Of a stretch of DNA of 64,000 nt, positions 1 to 10,268 are shown piece after piece. How positions within the stretch are numbered: the first letter of the stretch is position 1; every line of letters starts with the position of its first letter. The translations under genes and the position numbers were made by a program. The stretch is from positions 196,747-260,746 of the forward strand of contig JBPCLO010000026.1 of assembly GCA_051003155.1 (NCBI GenBank), given 5' to 3'. The DNA is from Fimbriimonadales bacterium. Its GTDB lineage: Bacteria; Armatimonadota; Fimbriimonadia; Fimbriimonadales; ATM1. The notes below the pieces were generated by a model, which saw nothing but the letters and a program-made list of their open reading frames with translations, had not been told where the DNA came from and made no database searches.

Positions 1-9
1 CACAGAACG

Positions 10-1746
10 CTAGGGCATCACCGTCCACTGCACCTGATCGATGGCCGCTGTCAGCGTGGGCACCGACGGGGAGCCGTTACCCCGCCAGCGGGAGCGAGAA
101 CGCACTTTGCGCGTTCCATTCTGGATATAGTGAAGGCTGCTGCCGGTGACGTCTGTTGAGATTATTTCGTCACTCACAGATGAAGAGTCCACTGCAACCA
201 CGTCCCATCTGGCCGTGGTCCAATTCCAAAGGTCGATGGTATGAGTGAAGCCAGCCACATTGGTGCGGCTCTCCACCCTGTACACGAGCGACGACGGATT
301 CTGTTGGGGAGCGGTGGAATCGAAGACCACGATGACCGCGTCACCAATGCTCGCGAGCAAGTGGACGCTGTCGACAGACAGCCGAACGTCATCGCTCTTG
401 AACAGAGTCGTGATGCTCCCGCCACCTTCTCCTCGCATGATCTTGTACGATGCGGGGACGACGTCGGGGTCTATGACTATGTTTGTGAAGATGTCAGGAT
501 CGCCGTTCTGAGTCGACAGGTAGTAGGGATAAGCTCGGTTGCCACCGAACGCCAACGCGTTATAATCTCCCAAGAACTGTTGGGAGCGGTTCAATCCGTC
601 GTTTCCGCTGCTCCACGGACTAGAGGTCAAGCGATACTCCGTCCACGTGTCTCCGCCGTCGTCGCTGAACGAGTAGTAGTTATCGTAGAAACCGTTAACG
701 TTGGTGTCGTTCTGAACGGTATTCCGGCCGTCGAACCAGGTGTTATGGATTCGGCTCTTATAGTCGACTTCGATCCACGGGAAGAACTGATCTCCCGGAG
801 GATCGGTGTCGGCATTGATCACCGCCGGGGTGCTCCACGTGACGCCTTCGTTCGTCGACTTGACCATATACAGATTCAGGTTTCGGTTGCCGTTTACGAT
901 ATTCGTCGTGTCGAAATAGGCGATGTAGATGTGCCCCGTGTTGGGATCGACGGCGATTGCGTTCATGGGCGGCTTGCGGAAGTTGCCGGGGCCTCGGGAG
1001 CCGTCCTGTGTGCCCCATGTATCCAAGCGCGTAGCGGCCCGAACGGCGGCAGCGAACGATACGCCACCATTGGTGCTCTTGCGGAACATAACGCCCGTGC
1101 CGAAGTCCCAATAGGTAACGTAGACGTTGCCGTTTGGCGCAACCTTGGGGTTGAATCCGATCCCGCTGCCGAGATTAACGGGTGTGCTCCACGTTTGCCC
1201 CATGTCGCTGGAGCGCAGACATCCTTCGTTGTAAGTCACGTAGAGGTTGGTAGCGTTGGGGTTGCCTGGCAAGGGGCCAGCCGCCATCCAACACTTGTCG
1301 GCCCCGCTCGAAACCCGGGCCATCACGGATGGCTGGAATGTTTTTGCGCCCGGATCTTTTCGCGCAACAAAAACGCCTCCACCGCCCCGAAATGATATCG
1401 CCCCTACCCACAGCGTCCCGGTCCTAGCGTCGAAGGCCGTCATTGGGTCGCCTTCGACACTGCTTTCGAAGTTAACTGGAGGTCGAACCCAAAAATCGGT
1501 CCAGGTCAATCCCGCATCGTTGCTGACCGACACACCCATGCGGATCGTTTCTCCTCCCGCGCGCCAGTCATTGTAAGTGCCGACGAGTTCGTTGCCCAAC
1601 GGTCCAAAAGAGGCCGCGGACGTCTCGTTGGCGGCGGCTGTTCCACCGTTCGTGTCCGTTCTAATCTGGGGGCCGACGATCGGGTCCGTGGCTTTCGCCG
1701 CTATGGCGAGGCCAATGATTCCTACAGTCAATGTTCCATATTTCAT
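10..1746 (-). CDS. Exported BNR/Asp-box repeat (sialidase-like beta-propeller) protein with an additional ~150-aa C-terminal domain
   Basis: Signal peptide MKYGTLTVGIIGLAIAAKA. Repeated S-x-D/N-x-G-x-T-W boxes (SNDAGLTW, SSDMGQTW, STNEGVTW, SDDGGDTW). Start moved to the ATG at 1746, after GAGGAGAG. Confidence 0.8.
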   Translation of the reverse strand: MKYGTLTVGIIGLAIAAKATDPIVGPQIRTDTNGGTAAANETSAASFGPLGNELVGTYNDWRAGGETIRMGVSVSNDAGLTWTDFWVRPPVNFESSVEGDPMTAFDARTGTLWVGAISFRGGGGVFVARKDPGAKTFQPSVMARVSSGADKCWMAAGPLPGNPNATNLYVTYNEGCLRSSDMGQTWSTPVNLGSGIGFNPKVAPNGNVYVTYWDFGTGVMFRKSTNGGVSFAAAVRAATRLDTWGTQDGSRGPGNFRKPPMNAIAVDPNTGHIYIAYFDTTNIVNGNRNLNLYMVKSTNEGVTWSTPAVINADTDPPGDQFFPWIEVDYKSRIHNTWFDGRNTVQNDTNVNGFYDNYYSFSDDGGDTWTEYRLTSSPWSSGNDGLNRSQQFLGDYNALAFGGNRAYPYYLSTQNGDPDIFTNIVIDPDVVPASYKIMRGEGGGSITTLFKSDDVRLSVDSVHLLASIGDAVIVVFDSTAPQQNPSSLVYRVESRTNVAGFTHTIDLWNWTTARWDVVAVDSSSVSDEIISTDVTGSSLHYIQNGTRKVRSRSRWRGNGSPSVPTLTAAIDQVQWTVMP

Positions 1747-1759
1747 TACGGTTCTCTCC

Positions 1760-2485
1760 TCAGTTTTGCGGCGGCCGTTGAGGCTCGCGCATCTTCGACT
1801 CAAGCAGCTCTCGGAACTGGGGCGGAACCGGCTTGCCTAGGTCTTCGCTGACATGGACATACTTCCAGGCCGGCGCGAAGTCATTTCTGTAGTAATAGGC
1901 GATGGCCAAACGGCTTTCGGTCTCCTTGTAGCCGGGGCTGCCCTTCGCAATTCCGCTTAGCATTGCGATCTGTTGCGCAAAGTCATCGTCTCCCTGATAG
2001 ATTTGAGCCAAAAGGTATCGAGACTCGATCAAGCTGGTGTCCTTGTCCAATCCTGTGATAAGGGCTGCCTTCATTTTTTCAGTCTCGCCCTTGGTGTGCA
2101 AGGCTCTGGCGAGTCCCTCGTAGGCTTTGGGCGAAGTCGCGTCCATGATGATCGCCTTCGCGAAACGGGCGAGCGCACCAATGCTGTCGTTTTGCTCGAG
2201 CAGGGCGTTAGCATTCGCAAGCTCGGCGTCGGATTCTGCGCGCGTGCCCGGTTGGGCGATCGAGGCCGAAGTGCTTGGATCGACCTGCACGCGCTCGTTA
2301 ACGAAAGTGAGTCCAATGAGCGCCTTCCTGAGGCGTTCTCGCTTGTAATTCTCGGACGGGCCGAGCTGGCCAGTTTGATTTGAATCGGAGCTTTGCTTTG
2401 CCCCTCGTAGGGCGTCTGCCTGACCGCACCCGAACGAGGCGAGGGCCGCGAGCAAAAGCGCGGTCATTGAGTACCACTTGTGCAA
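1760..2485 (-). CDS. TPR-repeat lipoprotein
   Basis: TTG start after GGGAGGAG, lipobox-like LASFGC, and helical TPR-like repeats (AYEGLARAL, SRYLLAQIY, SRLAIAYYY). Confidence 0.7.
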   Translation of the reverse strand: MHKWYSMTALLLAALASFGCGQADALRGAKQSSDSNQTGQLGPSENYKRERLRKALIGLTFVNERVQVDPSTSASIAQPGTRAESDAELANANALLEQNDSIGALARFAKAIIMDATSPKAYEGLARALHTKGETEKMKAALITGLDKDTSLIESRYLLAQIYQGDDDFAQQIAMLSGIAKGSPGYKETESRLAIAYYYRNDFAPAWKYVHVSEDLGKPVPPQFRELLESKMREPQRPPQN

Positions 2486-2862
2486 CGTTCTCCTCCCAAT
2501 AGGGTCACCTGCGTCCACTGTTGCCGCCGGCGACAAAGTTCTTCGGGAAGTCTACCACTTCGCCTACCCAAATGAGATAGAACCGCGCGGCGGATTCGAC
2601 GGAGGGTGTGGCTGTCCCGCCCCCTAGCGAGAGCCAACTGTGAGGGGGCTGGTTGTATTGTCCCGGCGGCCCTGTCACACCTAAACACACAGTGCGGCTC
2701 GGTGGGTTGACGAATGCGGGCCACTTACATCCCAGTGATTCCCGTGATAGCGCAGCTGCGGCGAGCATTTCCCATTCCGGGTTCGTAGCTGCCGTGGCAA
2801 TTGCCGCGGGGACAATCAACCCGCGCCCTCACCAAAACCAACTCGAACAGCATCTTCCGTCT

Positions 2863-3816
2863 TCAGTCTCCAGTCTCGGACCTTGCCTGTGCCAGCGCGA
2901 TCAGGTCGCGCGGTGGGATGAACGTGACGTCCTCGTCCACCGTTGTGAGCACCTCGACGGTCGCCGAAGGCGATTGCCTCAGGAGCGCGCCCACGATCTC
3001 TTCGACCAGGCTCTCAGGCGTTGAGGCGCCGCTGGTGATACCGATCGAGCGGAACTCCGCCCATGCCGGGTCGATCTCGTCCGGGTTCATCAGAAGGAAC
3101 GCCGGCACGCCACACGATTGCGCCACTTCGCGAAGCCGATTCGAGTTGCTGCTGGTCTTTGAGCCGACCACCAGGACGAGATCGCACGCCTCCGCGAGGG
3201 CCTTGACGGCGATCTGGCGGTTGGTGGTGGCGTAGCAGATGTCTTCCTTGTGCGGCATCTCCAGGTGCGGAAACCGCCGCTTCAGAACCGACAAGATGCG
3301 CTCGACCTCGTCGACGCTGAGAGTGGTTTGCGTCACGACTGCGAGCTTCCCTTCCGGCACCTCGACGGTCTCGGCTTCCTCGACATTGTCGATGAGGATC
3401 ATCTGGTCGGGCGCCTCACCCATTGTGCCTTCGGCCTCGACATGGCCCCGGTGGCCGATGTAGAGCATCGTGTAGCCTCTCGTTCCGTAACGGGCGGCCT
3501 CGCGGTGAACCTTCGTGACAAGAGGACATGTGGCGTCGATCACGTTGAGCCCGCGGCCCTCAGCGTCCTTCCGAACGGCCGGCGAGACGCCGTGCGCGCT
3601 AAATACGACCGTCGATCCTTCGGGGATTTCGTTCACGTCCTCGACGAAAATCACGCCCCGATTCTCGAAGCTTTTCACCACCCACTCGTTGTGCACGATG
3701 GCGTGGCGGACGTATAGCGGTGCGCCGTGCACCTTGAGCGCAAGGTCGACGACCTCGATCGCGTACGCGACGCCCGCGCAGTATCCACGCGGGGCGGCGA
3801 GAATCACCTTTTCCAC
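2863..3816 (-). CDS. ispH: 4-hydroxy-3-methylbut-2-enyl diphosphate reductase
   Basis: Motifs PRGYCAGV, IVHN, FSAHG, DATCPLV, QTT, ICYAT, SSNS and GASTP. Confidence 0.97.
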   Translation of the reverse strand: MEKVILAAPRGYCAGVAYAIEVVDLALKVHGAPLYVRHAIVHNEWVVKSFENRGVIFVEDVNEIPEGSTVVFSAHGVSPAVRKDAEGRGLNVIDATCPLVTKVHREAARYGTRGYTMLYIGHRGHVEAEGTMGEAPDQMILIDNVEEAETVEVPEGKLAVVTQTTLSVDEVERILSVLKRRFPHLEMPHKEDICYATTNRQIAVKALAEACDLVLVVGSKTSSNSNRLREVAQSCGVPAFLLMNPDEIDPAWAEFRSIGITSGASTPESLVEEIVGALLRQSPSATVEVLTTVDEDVTFIPPRDLIALAQARSETGD

Positions 3817-4045
3817 GTTCTGAGGATACCGTGATTCTCAAGCGTGCAGGGATCGAATAGTCACACCTTACCGCCTAGCCGCAGCATCCGGCGAGGGGCC
3901 ACGTGCCGCAAATACGTCGTCTCTCGACCCGCTTTGCCGGGTGCGTACCAGCCACGACCACAGCGGGCTCAGCATAACTGCTCACGGAACCGGCTAGAGA
4001 AGGGCCTGCTAGCAATTGACGGGCAACACATGAGCCCGCGCCGAA

Positions 4046-4855
4046 TTATCGGATGGCCGCTTCCAAGCCATCGAGCGGCGCGAGCCACTTGCCATCGGCG
4101 CTCAAAGCGTAACCGTCCAGCGGCTTCCACTGCGCCCCGGCTTTTATGCTGGCGGCTGCCAATGGAATGACGAACATCCTATCGCCATATGTGAAGGCGG
4201 CTGTCCCATGCTGCGGATTTGCGTTCAATGTGATCCCCCTTGCCGCGCACCACGCACGAATGGGAACGGACCGCCGGGCATAGTCGTCTTGCTTGACGCC
4301 GGTGATCGTGATGCCGTTCACCACAACGTTGCCAGAGGCGCGAAGTTCCGAACCAACCGCCGTTGCCAAGGCATCTCGGCAAAACCCCTCAACCGCGAGA
4401 TGATCGCCAGCTTTGTCGCTTCCTGACCAAACTATGGCTCCACGCGGTCCGCTCCCACCATAGTGCAACGCCGCGCTGACCGCGTATCCGCCTAGGAAGA
4501 TGTGGACGTTCAGACCTCCTGCCTCCGGATCGGCGGAGAATCGCGACTTATCGCCCGCAGGCAACAAGGACGGCCCACCCGAAGGGAGATTGTCGATCGT
4601 GCCCACTGAAAGCAAACCATTGAGCCTGTCGATATAGCGTTGCCGTCCTTCACTCTCGGTAAAGTCGATAAGCCAAACGGTGAGTGTCGCTCTTTCGCTG
4701 GAGTCGCGAAAGCTCGCTGTCAGAGTGTCTCTGCCCTCCATCGACTCGCGAACGACCTGCTCGCTTAGCACAAAGCCCAGCGGGGCGATAAGGCTCGGGT
4801 TGAACATCGAGACCTCCAAGTCCGGCACCGGAAGTGACGTTAGTGCGGACGCCAA
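4046..4855 (-). CDS. Hypothetical protein with a probable C-terminal copper-amine-oxidase-N/stalk-like domain; start uncertain
   Basis: 269-aa ORF. C-terminus VPIRAWCAARG...GKWLAPLDGL resembles the stalk-domain pattern. Confidence 0.55.
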   Translation of the reverse strand: MASALTSLPVPDLEVSMFNPSLIAPLGFVLSEQVVRESMEGRDTLTASFRDSSERATLTVWLIDFTESEGRQRYIDRLNGLLSVGTIDNLPSGGPSLLPAGDKSRFSADPEAGGLNVHIFLGGYAVSAALHYGGSGPRGAIVWSGSDKAGDHLAVEGFCRDALATAVGSELRASGNVVVNGITITGVKQDDYARRSVPIRAWCAARGITLNANPQHGTAAFTYGDRMFVIPLAAASIKAGAQWKPLDGYALSADGKWLAPLDGLEAAIR

Positions 4856-5024
4856 AAGAACCGTAAGAATGATGAAAATTCCTCCTATTCCACCCCGGAC
4901 AATGCCCAGCCTACCTCGCTACGAGAAACTGGCTCCGCTGGCAGATTTGGGTCGATTTGCTGCGGCACCGAAGAGCGGATACACGCTCCAAGGCCCGACG
5001 ATCGCTGATTCTTCCAGCTTACGC

Positions 5025-5062
5025 AACAAAAAGCGCCACCGTCACCGCTGGCGCTTTTTGTT
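5025..5062. terminator. Intrinsic terminator (bidirectional-type hairpin)
   Basis: AACAAAAAGCGCCA-10nt-TGGCGCTTTTTGTT, 15 nt after the TAA of the read-through thioredoxin gene. Confidence 0.85.
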
Positions 5063-5076
5063 AGCCATATCGAAAG

Positions 5077-6063
5077 TTATTTGCCTTTCTCACGGGCGAT
5101 GTCAAAGTCCTCTAAGACAGCCATGCCTTTATAGCCGACCACCTTGTGGACTTCGGTGCCGTCGTTCTTCAGCCAGCGGAGATCGGGGATCCCCCCAATG
5201 CCGAACTTCTCCGCGAGCGCTTGGTTGGTATCGGTATCGATGTGGACGAAAACGAAGTACTTGCCTTGAGCCTTGAACTCATCTGTCGAGAACACCTCAC
5301 GAGTGTATTTCTTGCAGTACCCTCACCACTCGGCGCCGAAGTCGACGAACACCATTCGGCCCGTCGCCTTCGCAACTTTCAGCCCCTCATCAAGGCTGTC
5401 GTACCACTTCGCCAGGTCGCCCACGGCGATATCGATCTTCTTCGAGCCCGCAGGCGGCGCGAACGCAAAAGCGGATTCGGCCAGCGGCTCGCCGTTTAGC
5501 GAGATCTCGGTGGCCTTGACGACGGTCTCGTCGGAATCCCCGGCGCGGGCCGCGCTGATCGAAGCGCCACGAGCCACACCGAGCTTGTCATCGATGTAGA
5601 ACGACGCCTTCTTGCTCTTGATTGCATCGAGCGTGAAATCGACCTGCGTGACAGCAATGCCCTTCATCGAGAGCTTGCGCGTGGTCTTCGCGTCCGAGAC
5701 GCCCTTCAACTGGTCAGGCATAAAGAACGCTGCCCAAGCCAGGAACTCGTCACTGTTGATCTTCTTGGCGACCTCGGCGATGCCGCCGGGACCTTCGGTG
5801 TATTCCTTGGAAGAATTGGTGTATTCCCATACCGTCTTACCGTCGGTCATCGTCATGCCCTTCGGGTATTCGACCTTCACCATTCCCGGCTTCGAGTACG
5901 AGAGCCGGTAGTTCTCCGGCGCGGCAGGGATCCTTTGGACGGTGAATTCCACCGTCAGCGACTTCGCTTCATTCAGCGAAGACGCATGTTTTGCCAGCAT
6001 TTGCGGCCCGGTGTTCACCTGCGCGAACAGTGCGGCGACGCCGGCTAAAGCGATTATGCTCAT
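5077..6063 (-). CDS. Exported LolA-like domain/thioredoxin fusion, putative selenoprotein (UGYC active site, Sec247), 328 aa
   Basis: ORFs 5323-6063 and 5077-5295 are in the same frame, separated by TGA at 5325-5323. Read-through gives VFVDFGAEW-U-GYCKKYTREVFS...FGIGGIPDL, a complete thioredoxin fold. Confidence 0.85.
5283..5317 (-). promoter_or_regulatory. Candidate bacterial SECIS hairpin
   Basis: CUGCAAGAAAUACAC-UCGUGAG-GUGUUCUCGACAG folds by eye into an interrupted stem, with its loop about 20 nt after the UGA. Confidence 0.5.
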
Positions 6064-6380
6064 TCGGAACCTCCTATAAGGCTGTGCATTCGTTGATTAT
6101 ACACGACGGGGCGGTGAAGCTCTAGCTAATCCCGATCCGTCACTGGCGGCCCCGTGGCCTGGAAGTTCTTGACCCAGGATATTCTCAGCCGGTCCTCCGA
6201 CATGACTGCGCTCATATCCACCGTGACGAATGTGATCCTTTCAGCTGCCCACGCGGCTTTATGGCTTTCGTCGATGTGTCGAAGCTCGCGAGGACGCCCG
6301 GATGGGACGACTTGCCACTGGTGGTCTTGGCTAACTAAAGCTTAGCCCTCCATTTGTTTCGCCCATGCCATCATAAGCTT

Positions 6381-7673
6381 GTGAACCCCAAGAGACTGCT
6401 CGGCGTAGCCCTGGCCGTTTACGCGCTCTTGGCGATCAGCTTCATTCACGAGACCCCGTATCGCAAATCGGGGTGTTTGCTCACCCGGTTCTCAAAAGAG
6501 CGCCAGCAAGACATCGGCGCGCCTGACGAGAGACAGCACACGAACTACATTCGACATCTCGCGCGCGAAAAGTCGTTTCCGATTTTTCGGCCGGGCTCAG
6601 AGAACCTTTACGAAACCTACCAGTCGCACCAGCCTCCGTTGTATTACCTCTTGGCAGCTCCCATCGAGATGGCGCTCTCGGGCAACGAAATTGCCGAGAA
6701 GTGGGGTCTGCGCCTCGTAAACGTCGCTCTGGGAGTCTTTGTGATTATTGGCACATTCACCGGTATTCGATCATTTACCGGGAACGAAGATGTTGCCGCT
6801 TTTTCGGCCTCTTTCGTCGCGCTGCTACCGATGTTCATTGCCTTGTGCTCCGCCGTTACCAACGACGTTCTCCTTGTCTTAATCGGAGTCATCCTCATGA
6901 ACCTTATCGGTAAGGGATGGCAAACAGGCTGGCCGTTGCGGCTATGCCTTGTCCTGGGCCTAGTTTTGGGCATGGGGCTACTGACGAAATCGACGGCGGT
7001 TCTCTTTGTCTTGGTGGCGGTGCTCGGCATGGCCATCTCAAATCCCCGTCCGAAGCTCACCCATGCTTTGGCCGGCCTTGCTCTCGCAGCGCTGATTGCC
7101 CTACCATGGCTCATTCGAAACCAGCAACTGTATGGCGACCCGCTCGCCATCGCCGCCTTTCAGCAGGCGTCCGTTGGCAACTTGCCTTACGCCGAAGCGG
7201 TTGTCAGGGCCGACGGGGCGATTCCCTACTGGTTCTCGTATGTTCTCGTCCTTGGATTCCAAGGATTTTGGGGAGTTTTCGGGTACTTCGATATTTTTTT
7301 TCCGGCGGGTATCTATTGGCTGCTGGCGATTCTCGGCGGGGCCTCGTTTGTCGCGTTTTTGGTGAGGGTAGCGCGTGCAGAGTCGTCGGAAAGGTGCTAT
7401 CACCTACTGTCGTTGGCCTTGATCGCGTGCATCGCGGCAGGCTTTGTCGCGTACAACCTGTCGTACTTCCAAGCGCAGGGGCGCTACCTCTACCCTGCTA
7501 TCTTCGGCTTCTCGTCGGTCGCCGGCTTCGGCATTTGGGAAATGGCACGCGGCAATGTGCGTCGCTTTTGGCTGTTCGGCGGCGGATGGCTGGCCGTGCT
7601 ACTTCTTCTCGACGTGTATGCTACGCAGTGGATGCTGCCGATTGCCTTCGACGCAATCGAGAACTGCCGCTGA
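6381..7673 (+). CDS. GT-C fold membrane glycosyltransferase (PMT/ArnT, DUF2142-like)
   Basis: APDERQH, HQPPLYY, TND, GLLTK and QAQGRYLYP motifs, with many TM segments. Confidence 0.8.
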   Translation: MNPKRLLGVALAVYALLAISFIHETPYRKSGCLLTRFSKERQQDIGAPDERQHTNYIRHLAREKSFPIFRPGSENLYETYQSHQPPLYYLLAAPIEMALSGNEIAEKWGLRLVNVALGVFVIIGTFTGIRSFTGNEDVAAFSASFVALLPMFIALCSAVTNDVLLVLIGVILMNLIGKGWQTGWPLRLCLVLGLVLGMGLLTKSTAVLFVLVAVLGMAISNPRPKLTHALAGLALAALIALPWLIRNQQLYGDPLAIAAFQQASVGNLPYAEAVVRADGAIPYWFSYVLVLGFQGFWGVFGYFDIFFPAGIYWLLAILGGASFVAFLVRVARAESSERCYHLLSLALIACIAAGFVAYNLSYFQAQGRYLYPAIFGFSSVAGFGIWEMARGNVRRFWLFGGGWLAVLLLLDVYATQWMLPIAFDAIENCR

Positions 7674-7679
7674 CGCGGG

Positions 7680-7764
7680 CATAATGACGGCGTGGGCAAC
7701 ACGTTCGTGCAACTGTTTCGAGTAACACCTTGGGGTGAATCACATGGCGGCCCACACCGGAGCC
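7680..7764 (+). pseudogene. Truncated second copy of the aroC -10 element and 5' end
   Basis: MGNTFVQLFRVTPWGESHGG versus [20 protein letters not shown] at 8942. 49/60 nt identical, with the same CATAAT-6nt-GTG context. Confidence 0.8.
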
Positions 7765-7830
7765 GGGGGCATTTTTGCCTTGAGTACCCCAACGCAGGTT
7801 CCACAAAGGAATTGTGGCATGATCGCGGCC

Positions 7831-7940
7831 ATGAGAGCAGTTGGACTTACCAGTCTCCTCCTCGTAGGGGCAATGACCCCGCAAACACCGAAGTACCTTT
7901 CTATGGGGGTGATTCTGACTTCAGGAATGCGATGCATACA
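7831..7940 (+). pseudogene. Frameshifted N-terminal remnant of a paralog of the adjacent PEP-CTERM gene
   Basis: MRAVGLTSLLLVGAM...EVPFYGGDSDFRNAM parallels MKGVATLIVLAAAG...EILFYGGDYDNVNGM. Confidence 0.6.
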
Positions 7941-8023
7941 AAGGTGGTCTGCCCCCCGAATCTGAAGACGGGATCAGAGCAGTACCTGGCCGGGCAACGC
8001 GCAAAATAGCGCATATTATAGTT

Positions 8024-8689
8024 GTGAAAGGTGTAGCTACTCTCATCGTCTTGGCTGCAGCGGGCCTCAGCACCGGGAAGGCGGAGATTCTGTTCTACGG
8101 CGGCGACTACGACAATGTGAACGGGATGCGGTCGCAACGGGGCACGGATATAGATGCGCGAGTCTACGATGACTTTTCGCTTTCGGAGCCGAGGGTGGTC
8201 ACCGGCGTTTTCGGCAGTTTCTTCGCCATCCCCCGGTCGACAATGGCCTACTTCGAACTTCGTTCGGGGATCGAGCCCGGAAATGGCGGAACTCTGCTCG
8301 CGTCGGGATATTTTCCAGTCGAGGCGACCTTCCTGGGTGGGGGCTTGGGATTCCCCGTCTACAGGTTTTCCGGAAAGATTGCCCCTGTGGAACTTGCTTC
8401 CGGCGACTATTGGGTCACCATGGCGATGGTGAGCAGTCTGGACGGAAACTTTTTTCTTGCAACGACCAGCGGCGCCAACGGCATCGGCGGCCCTCTTCAA
8501 AATGGCAACAGCTTCTTCGACAGCACGACTTTTGGCTACGACTTCGTCGACGTCCAGGACTTACTCGGTCCGGGCCTATGGGATTTCTCCATCGGTCTCG
8601 AGGGCAGGCCCGTTCCCGAAGCGGCAACGATCGTGACGGTCTTGGCTGGGGTTGCGCTAATATTGCGACGGTCGCCGAAACCGCGATGA
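8024..8689 (+). CDS. PEP-CTERM sorting domain protein
   Basis: Signal peptide; C-terminal VPEAATIVTVLAGVALILRRSPKPR. Confidence 0.88.
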   Translation: MKGVATLIVLAAAGLSTGKAEILFYGGDYDNVNGMRSQRGTDIDARVYDDFSLSEPRVVTGVFGSFFAIPRSTMAYFELRSGIEPGNGGTLLASGYFPVEATFLGGGLGFPVYRFSGKIAPVELASGDYWVTMAMVSSLDGNFFLATTSGANGIGGPLQNGNSFFDSTTFGYDFVDVQDLLGPGLWDFSIGLEGRPVPEAATIVTVLAGVALILRRSPKPR

Positions 8690-8941
8690 TCGAGCTCCAC
8701 TGGCGATTTCACGTGATTCGGACCACAACCATGTTCAGCAAACCCTCGATTGTAATTGCGCTTGTACTCGCAGCGAATATCGCGTTCGCAGGCGAGCACG
8801 ACCTCGGATCTGGGTTTGAGCCGGTCGTTTCGGCGGATCGGGTTACGGCTTCCAACGATTTCACAAAGCGCGTCCAAGTGGTGAATCGATTATGGATCCC
8901 TCCGCCCACGACCTCCAGCCCCCAGTCTTCATAATGAAGCC

Positions 8942-10036
8942 GTGGCCAACACGTTCGGGCAGGTTTTCCGAGTAACGACATGGGGTGAATCGCATGGAGG
9001 CGCGACAGGGGCCGTTGTCGACGGATGCCCACCGCTGCTCGAACTGAGCGAGGCCGACATTCAGCCCGACCTCGACCGGCGCCGCCCCGGGCAGAGCAAG
9101 ATCGTCACCCAGCGAAAGGAAAGCGACACGGTACGGATTCTGAGCGGGGTGTTCGAGGGGAAAACCATCGGGACGCCGATCAGCCTACTAATCCCGAACG
9201 AGGACACGCGGCCCGACGACTACGTGGACATCCAAAAGAACTACCGGCCGAGCCACGCGGATTACACCTACGAAGCAAAGTACGGCATCCGCAACTGGCA
9301 GGGCGGAGGTCGGAGCAGCGCACGCGAGACTGCCGGCAGGGTCGCGGCGGCGGCTGTTGCCAAGAAGTTGTTGCGCGAGAGGCATGCCGTCGAGATCGTC
9401 GCTTGGGTGAGCAAGGTCGGTTCGATCGTCGCGGATTGCGATGTGGAGACCGTTTCGCTACAGCAAGTGGAGGCAACGCCGATTCGCTGCCCCGACCCGG
9501 CTATTGCCGCCCAGATGATAGATGCGGTGGAAGCGATTCGAAAGGAGGGAAACTCGCTCGGCGGTGTTGTCACGTGCGCAATTAGGGGCTGCCCACCAGG
9601 GTGGGGCGACCCGGTGTTCGACAAATTCGAAGCCGAGCTGGCCAAAGCCATGCTGAGCCTGCCCGCGAGCAAAGGCTTCGAGATCGGTTCAGGCTTCGCG
9701 GGAACGGACATGACCGGTCTCGACCACAACGACGAGTTCTACATGGATAGCCGTGGCCGGGTTCGAACAAAGACCAACCGGAGCGGCGGGGTTCAAGGCG
9801 GAATTACGAACGGCGAGACCGTGTACTTCCGCGTGGCGTTCAAACCTACGGCCACGGTTATGCGAGACCAAGCAACGGTGAACACATCCGGCGAGGATTC
9901 GACCATCAAGGGCCGCGGAAGGCACGACCCGTGCGTCCTGCCGAGAGCCGTGCCGATGGTGGAGGCAATGGCGGCCCTGGTGGCCGCGGATCGTGCACTG
10001 CTTCAGGCCGCAACCTCGTGGAGGGCGCCGCATTAG
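8942..10036 (+). CDS. aroC: Chorismate synthase
   Basis: [34 protein letters not shown] and RHDPC motifs. Confidence 0.97.
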   Translation: MANTFGQVFRVTTWGESHGGATGAVVDGCPPLLELSEADIQPDLDRRRPGQSKIVTQRKESDTVRILSGVFEGKTIGTPISLLIPNEDTRPDDYVDIQKNYRPSHADYTYEAKYGIRNWQGGGRSSARETAGRVAAAAVAKKLLRERHAVEIVAWVSKVGSIVADCDVETVSLQQVEATPIRCPDPAIAAQMIDAVEAIRKEGNSLGGVVTCAIRGCPPGWGDPVFDKFEAELAKAMLSLPASKGFEIGSGFAGTDMTGLDHNDEFYMDSRGRVRTKTNRSGGVQGGITNGETVYFRVAFKPTATVMRDQATVNTSGEDSTIKGRGRHDPCVLPRAVPMVEAMAALVAADRALLQAATSWRAPH

Positions 10037-10153
10037 CTAACCATCTGTCACAACCCGATCTAGCAGCGCGCGCTCCCACTACGTTCGGCACCGGGTGCGG
10101 CGGGCTCAAAATAGACCGGAGTTTCTTCGCATCTGGTACCATTTTGTCCTCCC

Positions 10154-10240
10154 GCCCTCGTGGTGAAATTGGTAAACACGCTAGTTTCAGGTACTAGTGC
10201 CCGCAAGGGCTTGGCAGTTCGAGTCTGCCCGAGGGCACCA
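10154..10240 (+). tRNA. tRNA-Leu (CAG)
   Basis: Acceptor stem GCCCTCG/CGAGGGC, anticodon arm CTAGT-TTCAGGT-ACTAG, long variable arm, GTTCGA T-loop, encoded CCA. Confidence 0.96.
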
Positions 10241-10268
10241 CTTGCAGTCTTCAATCCGAAGCAAGCGC

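Noticed and set aside
241..1395. Long antisense or overlapping ORFs (for example 241-1395, 6917-7684, 32261-33043, 38026-38766)
   Set aside because: Shadow frames of well-supported genes, as expected in GC-rich DNA.
2505..2850. 104-aa ORF or riboswitch between ispH and the TPR lipoprotein
   Set aside because: No RBS, no recognisable motif and no RNA family signature visible.
6123..6353. Open stretch on the minus strand between the thioredoxin and GT-C genes
   Set aside because: The first ATG is followed by a stop after three codons, and there is no recognisable homology. At most a remnant.
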